Part shown: positions 10,602 to 21,108 of the stretch, one piece after another
Layout: each line of letters begins with the position of its first letter
Numbering within the stretch: position 1 is the first letter of the stretch
Assembly: GCA_038321985.1 (NCBI GenBank)
Contig: JBBQFN010000007.1
Location: 142,323 to 206,322, forward strand
Source: Cyanophyceae cyanobacterium
Lineage (GTDB): Bacteria > Cyanobacteriota > Cyanobacteriia > Cyanobacteriales > Laspinemataceae
Direction of reading: 5' to 3'
Length of the DNA: 64,000 nt
Notes under the pieces: model-generated
Seen by the model: only the letters and a program-made list of their open reading frames with translations
Databases searched by the model: none
What the model was told of the DNA's origin: nothing
Position numbers and translations under genes: made by a program

Positions 10602-11516
10602 ATGTCACAAGATCCTCCCATTCCACCTGAGTCAAATCCCCAAACACCGAAACCAGGAGACTCTTCTCAACCCCTGCCGCTTCCTGTGAAACGTCCGCCC
10701 TCTGGATTAAAAGCCGTGGCGATCGCCACTTTGCGCTCTACAATTCAGCTTTTAGAAGGGGTAGTCGAGACCCTGGAATCGGAACCACCCCTGTCATCCC
10801 CGACGCCCTCGACGGTTAGGATAAAGGGTCTTGGGGTAGAACGGCAGCCGACTATTTTATCCCAGATTCTAGCGCCTATTCGCGCGCTGTTGCCGAGTGC
10901 CCTCAATCAAACTTTGTCAGATTGGGGATTAAGCGGGGCGATCGCCCTGATTGTCCTGCTGATTACTTGGACGACAACCAGTGTCCTCTTTCCCAAACCG
11001 GCACAAATGGCGCAACTTCAGCCCCCTACTTCATCGGAAGTGTCGGAAATACCGCCTGCCTACTTCCCGCCGGTTTCCGAAGCGCCCCCAACGGCACCGG
11101 AACTCCCCCCACTCAAAAAAGAGCCGCCTTTAAGTCTCCCTCCGAAAGAGGCCCCCCAGCCGAAAAAAGCGCCCCCAGTCGTCGAAACTCCTGCCACGCC
11201 GTTAACCCCCGAACAAACTTTAATTGCATCTATTCAGAACCAGGTGGCACAAGTCACCCGGGATGCAGATATTCCGATCGCCTCGATTCAAGCCAATTTT
11301 GGGGCGTCTGAGTTGCGGGTGCGAATTAGCGATGAGTGGTACAATATCACCGCTTCTCGCCAAGATAAGTTAGCCGCACAAATTTTTGAGCGGGGGAAAG
11401 AATTGGATTTTAGAACGATAGAAATTGCTGATTCCCAAGGCAATTTATTGGCTCGTAGTCCGGTGGTGGGGTCGCGAATGATTATTGTCAAACGACAACA
11501 AGAAGGAGGGATTTAG
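10602..11516 (+). CDS. Conserved cyanobacterial Pro-rich single-TM protein
   Basis: One TM helix, Pro-rich linker, conserved-looking C-terminus G.LLARSPVVG..M. Confidence 0.7.
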   Translation: MSQDPPIPPESNPQTPKPGDSSQPLPLPVKRPPSGLKAVAIATLRSTIQLLEGVVETLESEPPLSSPTPSTVRIKGLGVERQPTILSQILAPIRALLPSALNQTLSDWGLSGAIALIVLLITWTTTSVLFPKPAQMAQLQPPTSSEVSEIPPAYFPPVSEAPPTAPELPPLKKEPPLSLPPKEAPQPKKAPPVVETPATPLTPEQTLIASIQNQVAQVTRDADIPIASIQANFGASELRVRISDEWYNITASRQDKLAAQIFERGKELDFRTIEIADSQGNLLARSPVVGSRMIIVKRQQEGGI

Positions 11517-11622
11517 AAGTTAGAGTTTCCTAGGAGATTAAGGATATTTCCTATTATTCAAATCAGCTTTTTTCGGGTTTTTAGATAGCCCCATCCTTGA
11601 GTGGGAGACTATTTTAAACATT

Positions 11623-12348
11623 TTAATCCCTTAAATTCAAGTGTTGATGGTAGGCTTTGACCTTGAGATCAATTCCTGTAATGTCTGTACCGACAACAAC
11701 GGCATTCGCGCCCAAATTAAGGGCGCGTTTTGCCATTTCTGGGGAACTGATCCCGCCTTCACAAATCAGGAAACAATCAATTTGTTGGCGAATTTCGGCG
11801 AGGAGATCGAAGCCAGGAGGCGTGGAGTTTTGGGTGGCGTGGGTGTATCCATAGAGGGTGGTGCCAATGATATCGGCCCCAAAATTGGCAGCGGCGATCG
11901 CCGCTTCGAGGGTATCGATATCAGCCATTACAGGTTTTCCCAGTTGGGTGTGAATGGCGGCAATCAGATTAGAGAGAGTTTCGTCATGGGGACGGTTTCT
12001 ATCCGTGGCATCGATGGCGATGATATCGGCACCACTGGAGGCGATCGCCTCGGCATGATGAAATTGAGGGGTAATGTACACTTCGGACCCGGGGACGGAT
12101 TGTTTCCATAAGCCGATAATCGGGAGGGATGCACCCAGGCGATCGCGCACTGCTTTGATGTGAGCGGGGGTATCAATACGCACCCCTACGGCACCAGAAC
12201 GAACCGATGCCAGGGCGATCGCAGCAATCATCTGGGGTTCGTACAATGGAGAATCTGGAGGGGCTTGACAGGAGACAATTAACCCGCCATCAAGGGGGGC
12301 AGTCGGGGCCGTCAAATTCATCAAATTTTGGGACATGGGTTCGCTCAT
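11623..12348 (-). CDS. nanE: N-acetylmannosamine-6-phosphate 2-epimerase
   Basis: GLIVSCQA, PIIGLWK, VYITP, DIIAIDAT.RNRP, GTTLYGYT and ICEGGI. Confidence 0.93.
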   Translation of the reverse strand: MSEPMSQNLMNLTAPTAPLDGGLIVSCQAPPDSPLYEPQMIAAIALASVRSGAVGVRIDTPAHIKAVRDRLGASLPIIGLWKQSVPGSEVYITPQFHHAEAIASSGADIIAIDATDRNRPHDETLSNLIAAIHTQLGKPVMADIDTLEAAIAAANFGADIIGTTLYGYTHATQNSTPPGFDLLAEIRQQIDCFLICEGGISSPEMAKRALNLGANAVVVGTDITGIDLKVKAYHQHLNLRD

Positions 12349-12495
12349 TAAACCGTTAATTTAATTAGTTTATAGGTACTTTTCTAGGGTAAACTTAACC
12401 CTTAGTCAAGGGGGAAAAAGCTGTTATAATTTTACAGTATATTTGGGCATAAAACTGGCCGGAGTTCTATTAATATTTGGCAGGGATTATCGGTC

Positions 12496-14955
12496 TTATT
12501 TACCGGCATTAATTTCCCCTCTTTCCGGTTGATTCACAGAAGAGCAGGCATGAAATAAGGCATTAACTTGATTAATCAGCCGTTCGGGATCAATGGGTTT
12601 AGATAAACAATCATCAGCACCAGCTTCAAAAGCCCGGTCTTTATCTTCCCCAATTCCTAGGGTAATTAAAGCTAAAATCTTCAGGGGGGCCTGAATCGGG
12701 GATTGTCGTAAAAACTGGATCATTTCCGAGCCGTCCATCCCCAATAAGCGATAACTTACAATTACCGTAGTCGGTTGTAGTAGCTCAAATTTTTCCAGTG
12801 CTGTCGCCCCATCAATCATCCACACCACCTTATAACCAGCGGTGGTTAAAATATCACAAATTAAGGTTGCACTCTCTTCACAATCCTCAATCAAAATGAT
12901 TCTGCCTTGGAAAGGTTCAGAACTGAAGGAGGCACTTACTCTGTTTGGGGAATTCGGGGCGGATAATAAACGAACCGCAGGCAGATGTACGGTAAAAATA
13001 GAGCCTACGTCCACCCTAGATTGCACTTCAATCCAGCCTCCGTGGAGTTCTACCAGTTGTTTCGTTAAAGCTAATCCGAGTCCCGCGCCGCCGTATTGAC
13101 GACGGTAGGAGGTATCTAATTGTTGAAAGTTGTTGAATAGGAGCGATTGTTGGTCTTCGGGAATCCCTACGCCGGTATCTTCTACTTGAAATACTGCATT
13201 TTTGCCCTCACTCCAAACCCGCAGGGTGACAATGCCTCCAGCCGGGGTAAATTTAATAGCATTGTTCAATAGATTTAAGATAATTTGCTGCACGCGCCGT
13301 CGATCAGCGGTCCAAAGGTCGGGTTTTTCACTATCTAAGGCGAGAGTTATTTCCAGTTGTAACTCGGCCTCCCTGGCTTTTTGGGCGACGTTCTGCACAC
13401 ACTGATGGGCCAGTTTAGTCAAGGAAAATTCCGTAATTTTTAAAATGGTTTTGCCTGCTTCTAACTGAGACAAATCCAAAATGTCATTAATGAGTGTAAG
13501 GAGGTGTTCGCCACTGTCATGAATGGTTTTTAAATATTCCTGTTGTTTGGCACTCATTTGTCCCAAGGACCAGCGCAACAGGGTAGAAGACATCCCAATC
13601 ACGCAGGTTAAGGGCGTTCGTAATTCGTGACTCATGGTTGCCAAAAATTCACTTTTGGCGCGATTGGCAGATTCGGCGGCAACTAGGGCATCGTGGAGGT
13701 CATGAGTTCGTTCGATTACTCGTTCTTCTAATGTTTTTTTTTGCTGACTGACTTGGGCGTACAGTTCAGCTTGATGAATGGCTAAAGCTAAATGTTCGGC
13801 GATATGTTTGAGGAAGTTTTGTTCACTTTCAAGCCAAAAACGGGTTTCAAAACATTGATGAGCTATTAATAATCCCCAAAGTTTATCTTGAACGATAATC
13901 GGAACAATTAATTGAGCTTTAATTTGATAATCCTGCAAGGTTTGTAAATAGCTGGGAGATAAACTATATGCCGTAGTGACATCTTCGATCGCTTGAATAA
14001 AGCCTTTATAATAGTTGGCCCAAGATTCAGCTCCGCTCAGAAAAAACCCCTTTTCTTCGGGAAGTTGCAGGAGGGATGGGATGTGGTCAAAAGCTCTAGA
14101 TTCATAAGTCACATATCCCCCAGTGGGTTGGGAATTTGACGCGGATGGTTTGGGGCAAGAGTCAAAACTATCCAACTCTAATTTGTCCCCAAGGTGGCGC
14201 AGTTCAACAGGGGTATCAAGGGACGATTTCCCCTTGTCTGAGTTGACTTTTATGGAGGGGTTTTGAAGGGTAGATTGAAAAATGACCAATCGATCTACGA
14301 GGAGGAAACGGCGCACCTGTTCAACGGCAGTAGACAAGATGGTAGGCAATTCTAGACTCTGGCGAATCTGTGTTGTGACTTGATTTAAGAGCTGCTCTTG
14401 TTCGATTTGGTGGTGCAGAGCATTTTCTACAGGTTGACAGATCGAGACCCTGTTATCGGAGGCATAACTAGCATTCTGGGGGAAATTATCCGAGGTTAGC
14501 AAAGCGATCGCCGATAGGGTAAATTCGCTCTGAATTACAGGATTATTCGGTTGTAAAATATTATAAGTCGGTTCGAGTTCGTGGCGTTCAATAGTGAGGA
14601 AAGGCAATTGCCTCAAGGTCGCTAAAAATTTGGCAATCTCTGTGGGTTCAAAGGTTAAACCTACTTCAACCTTTGGCGATCGCTCGGCGGTTTCTCCTCC
14701 TAAGCTCCGGATGAAATCTTCCGAATCCGGATTCGTCCCCTGAGCAGGCGCGCCCAACAGCAGCACCTTAAACTCCTCAGACAGGACCAGGGTAAACCAT
14801 TGCCAAGGGTCACCCGACGGAATTTCTTCCGGACCGAGTATCAATTCGGTCAGTACCACAGACCCTTGGCGTTTCCCCTGTTGCTGTAAAAACTCGCGCA
14901 ACTGCTCAAAGATGTGATGGGATAAAGTTCTTTGGGAGACTTCAAAAATCGGCAT
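12496..14955 (-). CDS. cikA: Circadian input kinase CikA (GAF-HK-pseudo-receiver)
   Basis: GAF domain (LWGLLIAHQC), H-box MSHELRTPLTCVIGMS typical of CikA, HATPase, and a receiver with Ser in place of the phosphoacceptor Asp. Confidence 0.85.
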   Translation of the reverse strand: MPIFEVSQRTLSHHIFEQLREFLQQQGKRQGSVVLTELILGPEEIPSGDPWQWFTLVLSEEFKVLLLGAPAQGTNPDSEDFIRSLGGETAERSPKVEVGLTFEPTEIAKFLATLRQLPFLTIERHELEPTYNILQPNNPVIQSEFTLSAIALLTSDNFPQNASYASDNRVSICQPVENALHHQIEQEQLLNQVTTQIRQSLELPTILSTAVEQVRRFLLVDRLVIFQSTLQNPSIKVNSDKGKSSLDTPVELRHLGDKLELDSFDSCPKPSASNSQPTGGYVTYESRAFDHIPSLLQLPEEKGFFLSGAESWANYYKGFIQAIEDVTTAYSLSPSYLQTLQDYQIKAQLIVPIIVQDKLWGLLIAHQCFETRFWLESEQNFLKHIAEHLALAIHQAELYAQVSQQKKTLEERVIERTHDLHDALVAAESANRAKSEFLATMSHELRTPLTCVIGMSSTLLRWSLGQMSAKQQEYLKTIHDSGEHLLTLINDILDLSQLEAGKTILKITEFSLTKLAHQCVQNVAQKAREAELQLEITLALDSEKPDLWTADRRRVQQIILNLLNNAIKFTPAGGIVTLRVWSEGKNAVFQVEDTGVGIPEDQQSLLFNNFQQLDTSYRRQYGGAGLGLALTKQLVELHGGWIEVQSRVDVGSIFTVHLPAVRLLSAPNSPNRVSASFSSEPFQGRIILIEDCEESATLICDILTTAGYKVVWMIDGATALEKFELLQPTTVIVSYRLLGMDGSEMIQFLRQSPIQAPLKILALITLGIGEDKDRAFEAGADDCLSKPIDPERLINQVNALFHACSSVNQPERGEINAGK

Positions 14956-15443
14956 ATTTTAAGCACCTATTGGCAAAAGCTAAATGCGATGGATGAATTT
15001 TCAGGGGGAATGCTCGTCCGCAACCCTACCCTCAAAAAATCCCGGGTTTCTAGTGTTTTGTAATCCCTCGGTGGAGCTTGCCTTAAAGCTGCTACACCTG
15101 AGATTTTTAGGAAAAATTAAATCAACTCTCGTTAAGGGCTTATTAGCTATGGTAAGATGATTTTAAAAGTTTTGGTCGAAAATTCAGTCACTGTGGTAGT
15201 TTTTATTTTTTTTTATAGGATAATCCTCCCAAAGGGGACTCTTCGACTCCTCATACCTCTGGGGATTTTTTCGGACTCATTAACCTAGAGTCATCTCTAT
15301 CGTAGAAAGATTTGCAGTGGATAGATTATAGATTTATCTGGGTTCTATTGATGAATCCATTTCGGGGTTCGGTGGTTGGGTCTGCACGGGGGTTTGGTAC
15401 GATGGACTGTGCCATTGTACTTGGATCGCTTCAGGAGACTCTC

Positions 15444-18400
15444 ATGCATCGTCTAGCTGCTACACCGGGGGGTTGGAATCCGCAGGAGGAGGGGGTGATT
15501 TTAGTCTCCCAGACTCCGGCACCCGTCGCGATTGTGACGGCAGCGGATACGGATATTCAAGCGATCGCAACGGCAATCGCCCAACTCCCTCCAGACTTTC
15601 CAGACTTGCGGGTGATTAATCTGCTGCAACTGCAACAGCAAGTCAGTATCGATACTTATGCACTAGAGGTCCTCTTTGAGGCGCAGGTGATTGTATTGAG
15701 ATTGCTGGGAGGGCGTGCTTATTGGTCCTATGGGTTGGAAGTCGTTCGAGAAACGGTGCAAAATACAGGTGCTCACCTGATTGTGATTCCCGGAGATGAG
15801 GCGGGTGACCCTGATTTAATGGGTCATTCTTCGGTGCCACTCTCCGTAGTTAACCAAGTCTGGCAATATTTTACCGAGGGCGGTGTCGATAATCTAGTTA
15901 ACGCCCTCCAATTTGTGGCCCAGGTTTGCTTAAAAAGGGAGTACAATCCGGGTCCACCCATACGAATTCCTCGGGTTGGACTTTATCCTTGGAAATCGGC
16001 CCGGGTTGGACTTCCAAATGAAACGTTAAACTCAGAAGAATCAAGGCTCAATCCCACTCTATCGGCTAATCCTAAATCTTCCCTGAATTCTTCTCAATTT
16101 TTAAGCCCATTTCCCAAAGTTGGAATTCTCTTTTATCGCGCTCATTACCTGGCTGCAAATACTGCCCCGATTGATGCACTTTGTCAAGAGTTGAGCGATC
16201 GCCACTTAGACCCGGTGCCGCTATTTGTCTCTTCTTTACGCGATAAAGATGTCCAAGCAGAACTCTTGGCTTATCTGCAACCCCCTACGACTGAAACCGT
16301 GCAGATAATATTAAATACCACAGGCTTTGCGATCGGTCAAGGGGTGCAGACTTTACCCTCAACTCAGCATCCTCCTACCTCGGATTTAGAATTCTGGGAA
16401 ACCCTGGATGTGCCAGTCTTGCAGGTGATTTTCAGTGGCGGCACTCAGCAACAGTGGGAAGGGGGATTTCAGGGACTCTCCCCCCGAGATATGGCGATGA
16501 ATGTTGCGCTTCCGGAAGTTGATGGACGCATTATTACTCGGGTAGTGTCATTTAAAGCGGTACAAGAAAATAATGTGAAACTGGAAACTCCTATCGTGGT
16601 TTACGAACCTGTGGGCGATCGCATTAATTTCGTTACGGATCTCGCTGCCAACTGGATAAAACTTCGTCAAACTCCCCCGAATCAGCGCAAAATTGCCTTA
16701 ATTCTTGCTAATTATCCCACCCGAGATGGACGTCTCGCTAATGGGGTGGGTCTCGATACCCCAGAAAGTTGTATTGAAATCCTTAATGCCCTCCAAAATG
16801 CTGGGTATTGCGTAGAGGATATTCCAGCAACTGGGGACGAATTGATTCGCCGACTTACTGCCGGAATAACCAATGACCCGGAAGGGGAAGGGTGGCGCAA
16901 AATTTACCAAGAGTTACCGGGTAAAGACTATCAAGAATATTTTGAAACCCTGCCTGAACCTGTCCGCCAAGGAATCGAAAATCGCTGGGGACAAAACCCA
17001 GAGAATCGCTATTCTGTTGAGACTAAAACTTTTCCTATTCCCGGAATTCAATTGGGCCATATTTTTATAGGAATTCAACCGGCGCGGGGCTATGATCAAG
17101 ACCCTAGTTTGAACTATCATGCCCCAGATCTAGAACCGACTCATGAGTATTTGGCCTATTATTATTGGATTCGAGAAGGCTTTGGCGCACAGGCGATTAT
17201 TCATGTGGGTAAACATGGCAATTTAGAATGGTTACCGGGAAAAAGTATCGCCCTATCGGAAAATTGTTATCCCGAAGTTGCCCTGGGACCGATGCCGCAT
17301 TTTTATCCGTTTATCGTCAATGACCCCGGAGAAGGGTCTCAGGCAAAACGGCGATCGCAAGCGGTTATTATCGACCATTTAACCCCGCCGATGACACGGG
17401 CCGAGTTATACGGTCCCCTACATAAACTGGAAGGATTAATTGATGAATATTATGAAGCCCAAAGTTTAGATCCAGTTCGTTTAAAACCGATTCGTAATCG
17501 CTTAGTTCAACTGGTAAAAGACCAACATTTAAACCAAAATCTGGTATGGACTAATCCATCAAATTCTGCCAATTCGGACCTAGAATTTACAGCGTTAATC
17601 GCTAATTTAGATGGATATTTATGTGAATTAAAAGAAGCCCAAATTAGAGACGGGCTGCATATTTTTGGGAAATGTCCCCAAGGGCGGCAACTGGTGGATT
17701 TAATTGTGGCGATCTCCAGACATCCGGGGGGCAGTCGCCTGGGACTGACTCGTGCTTTAGCCGCAGATCAAGGACTTTCCTTTGACCCTCTCACCAGCAA
17801 CCCGGCGGAATTTTTGTCGGAATTTACCGGTAATTCCTCTCTGCGTACCATTGGAGATGCGATCGCTCAATTAGAAGCAGAAGCAGCAACATTCGTCACC
17901 CAAATTATCGACCCGACGGGAGAAACAATTCTTCCAAAAACCGACACCGCTACGGGAAAAGAATTAGATTGGATTCGCTACTGTTTACTTCCGGCATTGC
18001 AACAAACTTCCCAAGAAATCACTCAATTGTTGCGCGGATTAGAGGGACGATATATCAAGAGTGGGGCATCCGGTGCACCCACGCGAGGACGTCCCGAAGT
18101 TTTGCCAACCGGACGCAATTTTTACTCCGTAGATATCCGGGCAATTCCCACAGAAACCGCTTGGGATATTGGACGCAGGGCCGCAGAAGAGGCGATCGAG
18201 CGCTACACCCAGGACAATGGGGAATATCCGCAAACCCTGGGATTATCGGTGTGGGGGACCTCTACCATGCGAACGGGCGGCGATGATATTGCCGAGGCCC
18301 TCGCCTTGCTGGGAGTGCGCCCAGTCTGGGATGGACCCTCCCGGCGTGTCGTAGATTTTGAAATTCTGCCGGTGCGCGTTTTGGGACGTCCCCGCGTCGA

Positions 18401-19325
18401 TGTCACATTGAGAGTATCAGGATTTTTCCGAGATGCTTTTCCCAACCTGATCGATTTATTCGATCGCGCAGTGCAAGCAGTTGCCAGCTTGGAGGAACCG
18501 GCAACGGATAATCCCTTAGCGGCGCAAGTGCAGATAGAAACCCAGACATGGCAAGGGTTAGGGTTGACTCCGGAACAGGCAAACCGGCGATCGCGCTATC
18601 GGGTATTCGGGTCAAAACCAGGTGCTTATGGGGCGGGATTACAAGGATTAATCGAAGGGCAAAATTGGACCGATGACGCGGATTTGGCCCGGGCGTATAT
18701 CAACTGGAGTAGTTACGCTTATACAGGCATGGGCAATGGACATTCTGCCCCAGAAGCGTTTGAACAACGGTTAGGGCAGATGCAGATTGTCTTACACAAC
18801 CAAGATAATCGGGAACATGATCTCCTCGATTCGGATGATTACTATCAGTTCCAAGGCGGGTTATTAGCAGCTGTGAGGGCAGTGAGAGGCACGGATGCAG
18901 TTGCATATTTCGGCGACCATTCTCTACCTGAAAAGCCCAAAATTCGCCGGTTAGAAGAGGAAATCGACCGGGTGTACCGATCGCGAGTGGTGAATCCGAA
19001 ATGGATTGAGGGAGTGATGCGCCACGGGTATAAAGGTGCGTTTGAAATGGCCGCTACTTTGGATTATTTGTTTGCCTACGATGCCACTGCACATTGTGTC
19101 CAAGATTTTATGTATGAGGGCGTGGCAAAGGCATATTTGTTAGATGACAAAGTGCGAGAGTTTATCCACCACAAGAATCCTTGGGCGTTGCGGGATATGG
19201 CGGAACGGTTGTTAGAGGCGAATCAGCGGGGTTTGTGGGAAGGGGTAGATCAGCCGATGTTGGAGGAATTAAGGGCGATCGTTCATGATGCAGAAGGGGC
19301 GATCGAATCGGCAGTCGGTTCCTAA
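15444..19325 (+). CDS. cobN: Cobaltochelatase subunit CobN
   Basis: MHRLAATPGGW start at ATG 15444 with AGGAG RBS; motifs VALPEVDGR, HVGKHGNLEWLPGK, LPTGRNFYS and DNREHDLLDSDDYYQFQGG. Confidence 0.95.
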   Translation: MHRLAATPGGWNPQEEGVILVSQTPAPVAIVTAADTDIQAIATAIAQLPPDFPDLRVINLLQLQQQVSIDTYALEVLFEAQVIVLRLLGGRAYWSYGLEVVRETVQNTGAHLIVIPGDEAGDPDLMGHSSVPLSVVNQVWQYFTEGGVDNLVNALQFVAQVCLKREYNPGPPIRIPRVGLYPWKSARVGLPNETLNSEESRLNPTLSANPKSSLNSSQFLSPFPKVGILFYRAHYLAANTAPIDALCQELSDRHLDPVPLFVSSLRDKDVQAELLAYLQPPTTETVQIILNTTGFAIGQGVQTLPSTQHPPTSDLEFWETLDVPVLQVIFSGGTQQQWEGGFQGLSPRDMAMNVALPEVDGRIITRVVSFKAVQENNVKLETPIVVYEPVGDRINFVTDLAANWIKLRQTPPNQRKIALILANYPTRDGRLANGVGLDTPESCIEILNALQNAGYCVEDIPATGDELIRRLTAGITNDPEGEGWRKIYQELPGKDYQEYFETLPEPVRQGIENRWGQNPENRYSVETKTFPIPGIQLGHIFIGIQPARGYDQDPSLNYHAPDLEPTHEYLAYYYWIREGFGAQAIIHVGKHGNLEWLPGKSIALSENCYPEVALGPMPHFYPFIVNDPGEGSQAKRRSQAVIIDHLTPPMTRAELYGPLHKLEGLIDEYYEAQSLDPVRLKPIRNRLVQLVKDQHLNQNLVWTNPSNSANSDLEFTALIANLDGYLCELKEAQIRDGLHIFGKCPQGRQLVDLIVAISRHPGGSRLGLTRALAADQGLSFDPLTSNPAEFLSEFTGNSSLRTIGDAIAQLEAEAATFVTQIIDPTGETILPKTDTATGKELDWIRYCLLPALQQTSQEITQLLRGLEGRYIKSGASGAPTRGRPEVLPTGRNFYSVDIRAIPTETAWDIGRRAAEEAIERYTQDNGEYPQTLGLSVWGTSTMRTGGDDIAEALALLGVRPVWDGPSRRVVDFEILPVRVLGRPRVDVTLRVSGFFRDAFPNLIDLFDRAVQAVASLEEPATDNPLAAQVQIETQTWQGLGLTPEQANRRSRYRVFGSKPGAYGAGLQGLIEGQNWTDDADLARAYINWSSYAYTGMGNGHSAPEAFEQRLGQMQIVLHNQDNREHDLLDSDDYYQFQGGLLAAVRAVRGTDAVAYFGDHSLPEKPKIRRLEEEIDRVYRSRVVNPKWIEGVMRHGYKGAFEMAATLDYLFAYDATAHCVQDFMYEGVAKAYLLDDKVREFIHHKNPWALRDMAERLLEANQRGLWEGVDQPMLEELRAIVHDAEGAIESAVGS

Positions 19326-19341
19326 TCCGAAATACACTAAT

Positions 19342-21105
19342 TTATCCACAAGCACTTAAGGATGAATTAGATTGAAGAGCGCGATCGCTGGAGTCAGGGG
19401 TGAGGGTAAAACTTTGCCGAATTGGAATTTCAATGATAAATTCTGTGCCTTGACCCAGTTCGGAATGACAGTTCAAGGTTCCCCGATGTTTTTCAATGAT
19501 CGTATAACTAATGGATAATCCTAAACCGGTTCCTTTCCCAATTGGTTTGGTTGTAAAAAATGGATCGAATAATCTGGTTTGCACCGCTTTAGTCATGCCG
19601 GAACCATTATCGACAATCCGGATAATGGCATTGGAATCAGCCTGTTTAGTTTGAATGTGAATAGTGAGGAGGGTTAAGTCATCTTTTCGGCTCGTTTCTA
19701 AAGCATCAATAGCATTACTTAAAATGTTCATAAAGACTTGATTGAGTTGTCCGGCATAGCACTCAATTAAGGGTAAATTTCCATAGTCTTTAATCACTTC
19801 AATACTAGGGCGATCGCCCTTGGATTTTAAGCGGTTTTGCAAGATTAATAAGGTACTATCTAATCCCTGATGTAAATCTACTTCTTTCATGTCTGATTCA
19901 TCCAACCGTGAAAAATTTCGCAGGGATAAGACAATTTCTCGGATGCGATCGGCACCGACTTTCACCGAAGAGATCAGGTTGGGTAAATCTTCGCGTACAT
20001 ACTCTAGTTCAATGTCGGCAATCACCTCTTGAATTTCAGCGGGGGTTTCGGAATAGTAATCTGCATAAGTATCAATCAGGGTTAGTAAATCTTGGCTGTA
20101 CTCACTTAGATAGGTGAGGTTACCATAAATAAAATTAACTGGATTGTTGATTTCATGGGCAATTCCAGCGACCATTTGACCTAAACTCGACATTTTTTCG
20201 GTTTGAATCAGTTGAGTTTGGGTTGTTTGTAAATTTTTTAGCGCTTGTTGAAGTTCATTCTCAGCTTGTTTTCGTTCAGCAATTTCAATTTCTAGGTTTT
20301 GATTAGCGCTGGTGAGTTGGGTGGTGCGATCTGTAACTTTTTGTTCTAGGGATTGATAAAGTTCTGCTAAATTTTGGGCCATTTTATTAAATTCAAAGGC
20401 TAATTTTTCTATCTCATCTTTGCTTTGAATATCAAGCCGGTAGTCTAAATTTCCCGCTCTAATTTTTTCAGTGCCCAGTTCTAGTTTTTCAATAGAACGA
20501 ATAACGGGTAAGACAATCAGGACCAATTGACCCGCAAAACCGAGTAAAATAACCCCTGTTGTGATATATCTAATCCAGTGGGTCACGGCAGCAAATTCTT
20601 TTTGTTTTTGATGGGTAATAGCCGACTGCTCTTCCACATCCTTCACCAGTTCATTCAAATAAAATTCAATATCGTTTCGGAAAGAATTGATGACTCTAAA
20701 ATCCTGTCGGCTTAGTTCAATGCTAATCGGGGTCTCGTGGAGTTCATTGGCTAAACGTGACAAAAACTGGTGACGCTCTCTAACCAGTTCCGCTAATTCA
20801 ATACTTTCTGGCATGAGTTGTTCTAGTTGTTCTAGAGTCAGCAAAAACTCGGACCCAATTTGATAATAGGTCACGAGATCCCTAGGCGCTCGATCCAGAA
20901 TTGTATAATTTTTTAAAGCTGCAATATGCCCTCTTAATAAAATCTTTAGTTCAAGCACAAGATGGGTGGCGTGATCCGTTCTTTCTAACTTTTCTTGCTT
21001 CTTTTTTTGAATGCTAAAGATTAAAAATTCACTAATGAAAGTCAGGGCTATAATTAACCCGACTAAAAGGAGAGAAGATCCAATAAATTTACTGATAATC
21101 TTCAT
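19342..21105 (-). CDS. Membrane HAMP histidine kinase with periplasmic helical sensor domain
   Basis: Two TM helices, HAMP (DEIEKLAFEFNKMA), H-box AHEINNP and GKGTGLGL. Confidence 0.92.
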   Translation of the reverse strand: MKIISKFIGSSLLLVGLIIALTFISEFLIFSIQKKKQEKLERTDHATHLVLELKILLRGHIAALKNYTILDRAPRDLVTYYQIGSEFLLTLEQLEQLMPESIELAELVRERHQFLSRLANELHETPISIELSRQDFRVINSFRNDIEFYLNELVKDVEEQSAITHQKQKEFAAVTHWIRYITTGVILLGFAGQLVLIVLPVIRSIEKLELGTEKIRAGNLDYRLDIQSKDEIEKLAFEFNKMAQNLAELYQSLEQKVTDRTTQLTSANQNLEIEIAERKQAENELQQALKNLQTTQTQLIQTEKMSSLGQMVAGIAHEINNPVNFIYGNLTYLSEYSQDLLTLIDTYADYYSETPAEIQEVIADIELEYVREDLPNLISSVKVGADRIREIVLSLRNFSRLDESDMKEVDLHQGLDSTLLILQNRLKSKGDRPSIEVIKDYGNLPLIECYAGQLNQVFMNILSNAIDALETSRKDDLTLLTIHIQTKQADSNAIIRIVDNGSGMTKAVQTRLFDPFFTTKPIGKGTGLGLSISYTIIEKHRGTLNCHSELGQGTEFIIEIPIRQSFTLTPDSSDRALQSNSSLSACG

Positions 21106-21108
21106 AAG

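Noticed and set aside
11641..12111. 156-aa plus-strand ORF
   Set aside because: Antisense shadow of nanE.
14956..15443. Cobalamin riboswitch upstream of cobN
   Set aside because: No B12-box or conserved core motifs recognised.
15312..15443. N-terminal extension of CobN given in the ORF track
   Set aside because: TTG start; the conserved start with RBS is ATG 15444.
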